Origin: Candidatus Njordarchaeota archaeon
GTDB taxonomy: Archaea > Asgardarchaeota > Njordarchaeia > Njordarchaeales > Njordarchaeaceae
Assembly: GCA_029856625.1 (NCBI GenBank)
Contig: JAHKLG010000001.1
Coordinates: 20,361-52,360 of the forward strand
Direction: 5' to 3'
DNA length: 32,000 nucleotides
Shown piece by piece: positions 9,238-17,484 of the stretch; position 1 is the first letter of the stretch; the number at the start of each line of letters is the position of its first letter. The position numbers were made by a program, and so were the translations under genes. The notes under the pieces were generated by a model. The model had not been told where the DNA came from, made no database searches, and worked only from the letters and a program-made list of their open reading frames with translations.

Positions 9238-9724
9238 AGCTACTGCTAACGCAGCATTCATAGCTTGGCTTTCTCTTAGTTTCTATATTCTTCTTAAAAC
9301 AATAGAAAGTTTGATAACAAAGAGTTTTACCGAATTTATTACAATAACTAGTTTTGCAACGAGATATGTTAACTACATCCAGATACTAATTAATATGCTC
9401 AATAAATCCCAACTCTTAATAAGTTCCAAAGTTATATTAATGAGTATCACACTAATCCTTGCCTGTATACTAATCTCTCTTTCCTCAGAGACCTTGTCAG
9501 AAGTTTTCTTGCAAGCGATTATTTACAATGCTATCTTTATTGCTATCTCAATTTACAACGATATGAGCATGTTTGTCAGTTCTTTTTCTAATTTCAATGA
9601 AATTATCCGCTACGCCACGAAAATTTTCCTCGAGAAATACCTAAGCACTCTGGTATTCGGGGTCATAATTATTTTATTAATTTCAATAGTCCTGCGCTTT
9701 CTTCTATTAAGAGGAGGAACTTAA
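9224..9724 (+). CDS. Small integral membrane protein (about 4 TM)
   Basis: 166-aa hydrophobic ORF whose ATG overlaps the last 14 nt of the TPR gene (the layout expected for translational coupling). Confidence 0.55.
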   Translation: MSITRATANAAFIAWLSLSFYILLKTIESLITKSFTEFITITSFATRYVNYIQILINMLNKSQLLISSKVILMSITLILACILISLSSETLSEVFLQAIIYNAIFIAISIYNDMSMFVSSFSNFNEIIRYATKIFLEKYLSTLVFGVIIILLISIVLRFLLLRGGT

Positions 9725-9822
9725 TGCTCGAAATTTATAAATTCACAAAAGTAATGCTTTTTATGAGAGTAATGGGTTTTTCTTGTTCAAGCATCAATAC
9801 AGAATCTTTTGAGGGATATTAG

Positions 9823-11715
9823 ATGGAGCTTGATAAAATACCCGAAAAAGAGGGGCTGGTCATAATTCTTGCTGAAAAACAAGAGGGCGTGCTATCACAT
9901 GAGGGGCAGGAAAAAGAGCTAAGAAATACTGGTAAGATAATAATAGCGAACGCTACTGATAGTCCAATTTATGATCTAGAGTTGCTATTAAAAAACTTTG
10001 AAAAGACAAGTCTAGAAAAGAAAATATTTGTAGGATTCGTTCCGAAATATGATCCTTCTAAAGGACCTAAAGAGATAGACTATAAGATAAAGGAGATCGC
10101 CAGGGCTATCTCGATCACAGAACAATTAGTGCTTCCAGAGGATTTCGCACGTCCAGTTGCTCTTATGCGTGAGGATATTCCAATAAAGATCAGATTTTCA
10201 ATCAAGAATATTACGGATAGGGAGTTTACTATAACCCTATCTAAGCCCATCCCCGAGCAGATAAAGATAACAAATCTTCCCTCCTTAGAAACAGGCAATG
10301 CGAGAATTGAGGACTCCAGACTAATCATTGAAGGGTTTGTTATTAAGCCACATGAAGAAACCACAATCACTGTCGAAGGGACACTATCTGCTCAGAGTGA
10401 AGAAGCTTTTAGATCTGGAGTTGTTGTATACCGCTACTTCTGTGAGGGACTCACAATAAGCGGACTTGATGTAGAGGATGTAAGGGGGGTATTGAACGTT
10501 ACTCATCATGTGGATAAAACCGAAAGGTTGGAGCAGAGAGGGATATGGGATTACTATATAATTGTTGATAATAGGAGTAAGGCGGCAATAAGGGTAATTG
10601 CAGAAATCGGTGTGGCAGAGGGAAAAATATTATCACCAGAAGAAGGTGGAACTGAAATTAAAGGATCAATCGAGAGGAAGATACCGGGAAAGAGAGATTA
10701 TGATACAATCGTTTGGGAACCAGTTATTGTTAATCCTACTGAGACGGCGAAGATAGGACCATTCACTATAGCACATGAAGCAGAGCCAAAATTAGTTACC
10801 GATTTAAAGGTGTGGATTCTCCCAGAGGTTATTAAAAGAACTGCTGGAGAGTTTAGAATAGAGGATATAGAAATTCCTGTCGTGTGGGGTAGGATAACTA
10901 AACAAGTGAAGGTGGAGCATCCGCCTTATATCAAAGGATTAACTGAACACCAACTTGTTGGCCACTTGTCAGAGAACATGCATACAGTAATTCGCGTAGA
11001 CAATCTCGGGAGTGCGTCATTAGATAGAGTCGTGATAACAGATAAAATACCAGCGGACTTCAAGGCCCCAAGACCAGTTAATATTAAAGTATATGCAGTA
11101 AAAGGAGGTGGGGAGTTCGAGTTACCGCCCGAGATGGTTCAAATAGACACAATTCCTCAAGATCCGGATCCATCCAAAGAGCATACCATAAGAATAGCAA
11201 TTAGTGGTTTTAAAGAAGTCTTGGGAGAGCCGTTATTAAGAGGAGAATCCATAGTTGTCCGATACGCATTCCAATCTGTTGACCCTAAGCCTGGGGTAAT
11301 ATATGAATTCCCAGCTGAAGCAGAAATAGCTTTCACGCCTGATACGAGACCATTAAGAATAACTCTTGACGAGGTTCCGAAATTAGAAACTATGGAAGCT
11401 CTGAGAAAGATTACTAAGAGTAAAGAGGTTGAGCAAGGAGAGAAAGAGAATGAATACATAGTAATAGTCACCTTGAAGAATGAGGGAGATCTGCCCGTTC
11501 AGAATTACGAATTCATCGAGCGTATACCAGAAACATTCGAATTTGTGGCTGAGAAAGCAGAACCTGTTGCTGAGAGTATAGAGGAAGTAATCGGTGGCTT
11601 GGAGGTTAAATGGATCATTAAGGAAATTCCCGCGAAGTCTGAGTATAAAATTAAGTACACAGTAATTGGAAAACCGGGTCACAAGGTTTCCGAATTACTA
11701 AAGATTGTCGAATAA
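9823..11715 (+). CDS. Large cytosolic protein of repeated beta-sandwich (DUF11/CARDB-like) modules, function unknown
   Basis: 630 aa. There is no N-terminal hydrophobic signal, and a TAG lies immediately upstream of the ATG. About five modules show the pattern 'xxIxVxNxGxxxxxxxxIxxxIPxxFxxV...' (e.g. 'HTVIRVDNLGSASLDRVVITDKIPADFKAP', 'EYIVIVTLKNEGDLPVQNYEFIERIPETFEFV...EYKIKYTVIGK'). Confidence 0.5.
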   Translation: MELDKIPEKEGLVIILAEKQEGVLSHEGQEKELRNTGKIIIANATDSPIYDLELLLKNFEKTSLEKKIFVGFVPKYDPSKGPKEIDYKIKEIARAISITEQLVLPEDFARPVALMREDIPIKIRFSIKNITDREFTITLSKPIPEQIKITNLPSLETGNARIEDSRLIIEGFVIKPHEETTITVEGTLSAQSEEAFRSGVVVYRYFCEGLTISGLDVEDVRGVLNVTHHVDKTERLEQRGIWDYYIIVDNRSKAAIRVIAEIGVAEGKILSPEEGGTEIKGSIERKIPGKRDYDTIVWEPVIVNPTETAKIGPFTIAHEAEPKLVTDLKVWILPEVIKRTAGEFRIEDIEIPVVWGRITKQVKVEHPPYIKGLTEHQLVGHLSENMHTVIRVDNLGSASLDRVVITDKIPADFKAPRPVNIKVYAVKGGGEFELPPEMVQIDTIPQDPDPSKEHTIRIAISGFKEVLGEPLLRGESIVVRYAFQSVDPKPGVIYEFPAEAEIAFTPDTRPLRITLDEVPKLETMEALRKITKSKEVEQGEKENEYIVIVTLKNEGDLPVQNYEFIERIPETFEFVAEKAEPVAESIEEVIGGLEVKWIIKEIPAKSEYKIKYTVIGKPGHKVSELLKIVE

Positions 11716-11778
11716 GTATAAAAGAAAAATAAAAATTCCCTTAAACATTTCTTTCGATAACACGTTTTTTAATAACCT

Positions 11779-12417
11779 TTATAATTGTATTAAACGATGA
11801 GCATTGAGAGCTACTCCGATCGGTACAATAACTAATGCTATAAATAAAATCCACAACATGTCTATCTCGCCTTCTGGTGGTGTTACTAACTTTCTTCTTG
11901 TAACATCTATTGTTAATGAAGGACAGGATATTGATGCTTTTTCAATGAGCTCGCCTTTTACTCGTGTAAGATATATTGTGAACGCATCAAAAGTATATTC
12001 CTTCTCTTTTCTGAACTCTATCAAAACCCAGAAGCGAAAAGTTGTATTAGCCCCGATATAACTTATTGAAACGGTCACATTGGTACCTTCCCGCACTGAC
12101 CTTACGCTAGAGAACACTAGTGGAGAGTCATTCCTAATACTCAATATGAGAACATCTCTTGGAATTACCATGCCAAATGATATATTGACTAGAGTCCACG
12201 TTGTAGGATTATGGATTATTAAAAAGAGGTAAACAGGTTCCTTAGCATAAATTTTTGAGGCATTAAAAACTCTATATGCAAGAATACTTGTTTCTTCCTC
12301 GGTGATTTCTATAGCAGAATCGGCCGTAATTGTTCTTGAACTTACGAAGACAGGGGATGTAAGAATAAAAATGATAAAAATGAGTAGAGCGTATTGATGA
12401 AATTTCTCACAAGGCAT
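11779..12417 (-). CDS. Predicted surface protein: N-terminal signal/anchor, beta-rich ectodomain, C-terminal TM anchor
   Basis: N-terminal 'YALLIFIIFILTSPVFVSS' and C-terminal 'MLWILFIALVIVPIGVAL'. Five N-x-S/T sequons (NAS, NIS, NDS, NVT, NTT) lie in between. Confidence 0.55.
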   Translation of the reverse strand: MPCEKFHQYALLIFIIFILTSPVFVSSRTITADSAIEITEEETSILAYRVFNASKIYAKEPVYLFLIIHNPTTWTLVNISFGMVIPRDVLILSIRNDSPLVFSSVRSVREGTNVTVSISYIGANTTFRFWVLIEFRKEKEYTFDAFTIYLTRVKGELIEKASISCPSLTIDVTRRKLVTPPEGEIDMLWILFIALVIVPIGVALNAHRLIQL

Positions 12418-12502
12418 TTTTTCTTCTGCCCTCCTAATAACTTTAACTAATTTTTATCGTAATTGATGAACGCGAAACAGAGGAAATGATTCCGCATTCA
12501 AC

Positions 12503-13648
12503 CTAGCCTATGATTGGTGGTTCTTCAGGAGACTTTGATAATCTATAAGCTTTGTCTTTTTGCACAATGATGTCATCCTCCAGTCTGATACCTCCTTTCT
12601 CCTTTATATAAATTGCGGGTTCTATTGTAAACGCCATACCTGATTTAAGTACTTGCTTTGGAGAAGATAGAAAGCTAAGCGCTGGTCCTACATCGTGAAC
12701 TTCGATTCCTAATGGATGACCTAAGCCATGCGTGAAATGTTTCTCTGGGTCATAACCGTACTTCTTAATAACTTCGCGGGCCACTCTGTCGGGTTCTTTA
12801 GCGGGCACGCTTTCCTTTATAACACTAATACTAGAATCCTGGGCCTCTCGGACAACCTCATAAATTCTCTTAAACTCGGTATCCACATTATTTGTAAAGA
12901 ATGCTCTCGTGATATCAGCACACATCCCAGCAAACCTTATTCCAACATCTATGTATCCTACCTCTCCATTTTTTAGCTTCTTATTGGATGTTTCATGGTG
13001 AGGATTTGCGCTGTTCTTTCCAAAAGCTACTATTATCTCAAAGGCTGGTTTTCCTACCATGTAAATTTCCTTATAGAGCATAGCTGCTACTTCCCTTTCG
13101 CTCATTCCCACTTTAATATGATCTAACGTAGCATCAATTGCTCTTAGTGTGTGTTTTACAGCTTCTTCTAAGGCTTTTATCTCAGCAGAAGTTTTGATAC
13201 TTCGTAGCTCATAAACAAATTTATGCGAGGAACGGATTTCGATGCCATAAAGTTCGGTCAAATTTAAGATAGTCTTCGCATGACCGTATAAAATTCTGGA
13301 TGCATGGCTAGAAAGCATAGGTGGTGCGATATTTAGTAATAATGTCTCGCCTCTAATCTCTCCAAGCAACTCAACTAGTTTATTGATAAAATCTGTTGAA
13401 CCATAATAAGTGACTACCTCATCAATATGGGGGCGTTTAACCATACTCTCTTCAAGTCTACTTACCAAGACCTTTAAACTGTCCCTAGTTAATAAGGCAA
13501 CGGTGGTACCATAATATGATGAGTTCAACAAGTAGTCTAGATTCGCATCATTACCACTAGATATTACAAGCCAGCCGGCATAATCAAACTTTTTTAAGAG
13601 CTCAATTGCTCTTTCTTTTCTAGACTTAGCAACTTCGTCATTTAACAA
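12503..13648 (-). CDS. M24-family Xaa-Pro aminopeptidase/dipeptidase
   Basis: Pita-bread-fold metal ligands are all visible: 'YIDVGIRFAGMCADITR', 'HGLGHPLGIEVHD', 'TIEPAIY', 'IRLEDD'. TTG start with GAGGTG 6 nt upstream. Confidence 0.85.
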   Translation of the reverse strand: MLNDEVAKSRKERAIELLKKFDYAGWLVISSGNDANLDYLLNSSYYGTTVALLTRDSLKVLVSRLEESMVKRPHIDEVVTYYGSTDFINKLVELLGEIRGETLLLNIAPPMLSSHASRILYGHAKTILNLTELYGIEIRSSHKFVYELRSIKTSAEIKALEEAVKHTLRAIDATLDHIKVGMSEREVAAMLYKEIYMVGKPAFEIIVAFGKNSANPHHETSNKKLKNGEVGYIDVGIRFAGMCADITRAFFTNNVDTEFKRIYEVVREAQDSSISVIKESVPAKEPDRVAREVIKKYGYDPEKHFTHGLGHPLGIEVHDVGPALSFLSSPKQVLKSGMAFTIEPAIYIKEKGGIRLEDDIIVQKDKAYRLSKSPEEPPIIG

Positions 13649-13676
13649 AGAAACACCTCATAGGAGTGTTTCTATA

Positions 13677-14639
13677 ATGAGTGAAGAGGACATATCCAAA
13701 TGGTTCCCAGTATTGATATTTGAATCAGTTGATTTACATAAGAAAAGAAGCCTTATAATTACTCTTTTGAAAGTTATCTCTCTCTCCATAATAATTTCAC
13801 TGGCGACAGCATTCCCGCTATATCTGATTTTCGGAACGGGGGAGGAAGCAGCCATATTTAAGGAAAGCACATTGGGAGAAGAAGCAGCGTTACTTAATCT
13901 AGCCTTTTATATTTCTCTTGTGGTACTATTTTCGGCCATTCTGTATCTGTTAATAAAGAGTAGAAAAATCAAGCTAATTGGTTTACTACAAGTTCTTTTT
14001 CTATCATACATAGCTGCTAGTATGGCATCAATTATCGTGCCGATTTGGCTTATAATACTCGTAGCGTCCCTCTCGATGGCATTTGGATTCTTTAATCTTC
14101 TCTTAAACATATTTATAAAGTGGTTTGGCTTAATCTCCTATGTCTTATTTATAGTATTTGGAGTATTACAAGCCATTGCATTATTGAAGGAGGGGCTTAC
14201 AAGACTGCGCAATTATACACTTTTATTATCTGTTACCTGGGCTGGCTCGTTAGTTGGATTATTTATGGGCTTCTATACTCCTCTAATTCTTATGATTGGC
14301 TTCGCAATTTATGATATCTTTGCCGTGTTTAAAGGTCCTATTAAGAAGATTTCAGAAGAATTATCAAAAGTTTTTCAAAATAGAGAAGAGCGGGCATTAA
14401 TGCTTGGTCTGGGAGATATCTTTTTTTACTCAATGGCCGTAAGCTATGCCCTTGCATATATTGATGAAATAACTTCATTAATTGTAGGTATCGCTATTGC
14501 ATGTGGAGTAGTTCTAACCGGAGTGTTGTTAGCTAGAATAGTTGAAGAGAATCAGAACGTTTCCTTACCAGCTTTGCCCATTCCCTTGACCTTAGCTCTC
14601 TTAGTAATCTTCATAAAGCTCTGTATGATAAGAGTTTAG
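13677..14639 (+). CDS. Presenilin/signal-peptide-peptidase-type intramembrane aspartyl protease (PSH-like)
   Basis: Polytopic membrane protein carrying the family triad in order: 'AIYDIFAVF' (YD), 'GLGDIFFYS' (GxGD) and 'LPALPIPL' (PAL). Confidence 0.8.
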   Translation: MSEEDISKWFPVLIFESVDLHKKRSLIITLLKVISLSIIISLATAFPLYLIFGTGEEAAIFKESTLGEEAALLNLAFYISLVVLFSAILYLLIKSRKIKLIGLLQVLFLSYIAASMASIIVPIWLIILVASLSMAFGFFNLLLNIFIKWFGLISYVLFIVFGVLQAIALLKEGLTRLRNYTLLLSVTWAGSLVGLFMGFYTPLILMIGFAIYDIFAVFKGPIKKISEELSKVFQNREERALMLGLGDIFFYSMAVSYALAYIDEITSLIVGIAIACGVVLTGVLLARIVEENQNVSLPALPIPLTLALLVIFIKLCMIRV

Positions 14640-14893
14640 AAGAATTTTCTATTTTTTCTCTCAAAATCCCTTATAGAGTTCTTAATGATGGGACAATATA
14701 TAAAATCACAACTCATTTGCATCTTCTTACAGAAAATTTCTGGGGGCATTAATGATTTAACTTCGCCATAATAACATACGAGCCGAAAGTGGCTCCAAAT
14801 GATGTAATATAATGTTCTCTCCAGATCTTCTTTCTTAAAATCTGGGGGAAGAAAACCTAGTCGTATTAGTGCTAATATATTATTTTCACTCAT
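14636..14893 (-). CDS. Hypothetical small Cys-containing protein
   Basis: 85-aa ORF starting 4 nt after the csl4 stop on the same strand. No family was recognised; four Cys residues. Confidence 0.35.
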   Translation of the reverse strand: MSENNILALIRLGFLPPDFKKEDLERTLYYIIWSHFRLVCYYGEVKSLMPPEIFCKKMQMSCDFIYCPIIKNSIRDFERKNRKFF

Positions 14894-14897
14894 AACC

Positions 14898-15584
14898 TTA
14901 TTCTACCTCCATTCCAATGAGTGCTTTCTCTTTATACTTCCTAAATAATTCCTCGAATTTTTCAAAATTATACAAAGGAGAGATCTTTCTCGGGTTTCTT
15001 TTTTTACAGGATGGGCAGAAAAGATCATTCTCCCTATAAATCAAAGGAGTTCCGCAAATACTGCATCTCGCGGCTACGACTCCGAAGCTTTTTCCCACCA
15101 AGCTCACACCAAAAGGCGGATAAGCATCTATCGTCACATGACCTAAAATTTTATCACCAACTTTCAGGAGAGTACTAACAGATTCTGTTCTAGTCCCTAA
15201 TTGAGATATGTGGATTAACCCTGAGAAAGGAGGTATAAGAGGAATGAATCTCAGATCCTTATCTCTACGTTTAATTACAAAGTAAATCTTTACCTGCGCG
15301 ATACTGTCGCCAGAGGATATTACCTCTGCTAGGACTATATCATTCTTCTTTGGGAGTATAGGGCTCTTAATAGGTTTTACACATACCATTTTCTTACTAG
15401 TATCGTATATAACGACTCCTAAAATGCGAGCATATATTCGTCCATTAGATACATACGTGCCTTCTCCAGCGATATATTCTCTTACATCTCCCAAAAATTC
15501 CCCTGGTACAACAATTTTGAGATTCTCTATCCTCTCCAACTTAGATTTCCTCCTCATAGAATTGTATGCGCTCGCCTCTTTCAA
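14898..15584 (-). CDS. csl4: Exosome complex RNA-binding subunit Csl4
   Basis: N-terminal 'VVPGEFLG...EGTYVSNGRIYARILG', a central S1 domain ('FSGLIHISQLG...VGDKILGHVT') and a C-terminal Zn ribbon 'CSICGTPL...LFCPSCK'. The start could be 15584 or the in-frame ATG at 15557. Confidence 0.8.
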   Translation of the reverse strand: MKEASAYNSMRRKSKLERIENLKIVVPGEFLGDVREYIAGEGTYVSNGRIYARILGVVIYDTSKKMVCVKPIKSPILPKKNDIVLAEVISSGDSIAQVKIYFVIKRRDKDLRFIPLIPPFSGLIHISQLGTRTESVSTLLKVGDKILGHVTIDAYPPFGVSLVGKSFGVVAARCSICGTPLIYRENDLFCPSCKKRNPRKISPLYNFEKFEELFRKYKEKALIGMEVE

Positions 15585-17178
15585 GAGCCTCCTTTATAAT
15601 TCTACCTATCTTACCGCGTTTATCAATTCTAATGGTTCCTGATTTCCCGATAATATCAGCAAAGAGGAATCGAGATCCTAGATAAGCTGAAACGGTTTTT
15701 CCTCCATGAGCTTTACCGAAATCAAAGATGTATGCTTTTTTCTTAACCCTAATAACATAAGGTAACGGCATCCCCCTAGCAGTTTGTATCTCCTCTTTTT
15801 CCTCCTCAGTACCATATAATTCCCGCGTAGCTTCCTTACTAACCGGCACAACGAAAGTTCTCTCACCGAATGTATATATCTCGTACATAGGCTTGTTTGA
15901 TAGAAAATCATATACTAATACTACTGGTCTAGCTAAATCTTCGCTTTGGAGACCATGAGGCACTTTCACCACTGTTTTAAGTGCTAGAACTCGGCTTACT
16001 TCACCCTTATACATGAAGATAACGGTATCTATTATTGAAGGGATCATACCTAATTCTACTTTTCCTATAAAGCGCTGTATCGCATCAATAGCGGTGGTAG
16101 CATGAATAACTCCTACCATCCCAACCCCTGCTAATCGTAAATCAGCGAAGAGTTTAAAGTCTTCTGGGTTTCTCATTTCATCAAAAATTGTGTAGTCAGG
16201 CCTAGATAGCAACAAAATATCATGTATTTCCTCCGGGGTTCCGAATGACTTAGAGTAACTCGTTATCTCTCTGGGTAGAATCATATCTCGGGGGGCTTCA
16301 ATAGTTTTCACAATCTTACCTTTCCGCATATAAAATTCTGCTAATGCCTGTGCGAATGTTGTTTTACCCATTCCAGGAGCGCCAGCTATGAGAATACCTT
16401 CTGCTCTATAAAGAAGTCTATTGATCAGTTTTTCTGGAAGATTGTAATCCTCTAGTTTGAGTCTCTTAACAGGCCTAACAGCAGTTATTTCTATGGCGTC
16501 TGAAAAAGGAGGTTTCGTAATAATAATCCGTAAATCTTCTAATTGAATAATAGTGGAAGATGATCTTTCTATCTCAACAAATCCCCGTATATCAGTTCTC
16601 CTTACTTCCTCTATTATCTCTCTTATTAATTCATCTATCTCCTCTTTTGTCATCGGCTTGTCTCTTAATATTACAAATTTCCACTCTCCTGGTCTGCCTT
16701 TCTTAGCCATGGGTCTTACTCCTTCCTTCAGATGAACAGATAATGTATCCTCATCAAAGAAATCTCTTATTCTCAACGGTTTTCCAGAAGGTTTCTGACG
16801 TTTGATCAGCATAGAATTAATGCCGGCTGCTTTAGCTATTTTATATAATGTCTCATTGCTTGTTAGCAAAATAGCATTCATATCTTTTGCTGCGGCTAAA
16901 GCTATCTCATCTATTGAACTATAAGGTCTAGTGTCATGGAAAATATACTCAATATCAGCTCCTAATTCTCTTAATCGCAATAATTCCTCTATCCCAACGA
17001 TTCCTTCTTCGAGACCTTGACTTGCCATTTGCTTCAGCTTATTAATAATAGCCCATGGAATGTAGAATTTACCTGTCCTAAGTAATTCAAGCATCATCGT
17101 ACTTCTGAGTGCCCCAGATAGTATTAAACTAAGATCAACTACGTACCTCCTCCTACTAACATAGGTATTTTCTGACAT
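15541..17178 (-). CDS. PIN-domain / PilT-like ATPase / KH-domain protein (COG1855, PINA-like)
   Basis: N-terminal PIN-like 'YVVDLSLILSG', Walker A 'GAPGMGKTT', Walker B-like 'TIFDEMR' and a C-terminal KH GxxG loop 'IIGKSGTIRI'. The start is placed at ATG 17178 (the ORF extends to TTG 17205). The 3' end overlaps the csl4 start. Confidence 0.8.
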   Translation of the reverse strand: MSENTYVSRRRYVVDLSLILSGALRSTMMLELLRTGKFYIPWAIINKLKQMASQGLEEGIVGIEELLRLRELGADIEYIFHDTRPYSSIDEIALAAAKDMNAILLTSNETLYKIAKAAGINSMLIKRQKPSGKPLRIRDFFDEDTLSVHLKEGVRPMAKKGRPGEWKFVILRDKPMTKEEIDELIREIIEEVRRTDIRGFVEIERSSSTIIQLEDLRIIITKPPFSDAIEITAVRPVKRLKLEDYNLPEKLINRLLYRAEGILIAGAPGMGKTTFAQALAEFYMRKGKIVKTIEAPRDMILPREITSYSKSFGTPEEIHDILLLSRPDYTIFDEMRNPEDFKLFADLRLAGVGMVGVIHATTAIDAIQRFIGKVELGMIPSIIDTVIFMYKGEVSRVLALKTVVKVPHGLQSEDLARPVVLVYDFLSNKPMYEIYTFGERTFVVPVSKEATRELYGTEEEKEEIQTARGMPLPYVIRVKKKAYIFDFGKAHGGKTVSAYLGSRFLFADIIGKSGTIRIDKRGKIGRIIKEALERGERIQFYEEEI

Positions 17179-17484
17179 TCGTAGACACCCTTGCAATACT
17201 TTCAATTACTCATATTTGAAGCATATCCTAACTAATCAGGTTAGCTATTTTAATTTCACTGATACTATTAAAATGTATGAAGAAGTAGGGGGTAAAGTTA
17301 ATTGCTCTCCACTCAAGATCTTCATCATCTTCTCTCAGAAGGCCAGACTCCGATCATCGCTCTGAACCGCTAGTAAGGTATTCAATAATAGTTCACATAA
17401 CATCATAGGGCGAAATATAAATTTTATAATCGCTCAAACTTACTTTTAACAGAAAGCTACGAAGCAGTATTCTGAGAATGAGAT

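Noticed and set aside
17322-17358. C/D-box sRNA-like motifs on the minus strand of the PINA/aglB intergenic region: GAUGAUC, a 13-nt spacer, CUGA, a 6-nt spacer, then AUGAUGA
   Set aside because: The first box is imperfect. No terminal D box (CUGA) follows the AUGAUGA at guide distance, and no terminal stem is visible. This is insufficient for an sRNA call without a dedicated scan or expression data.
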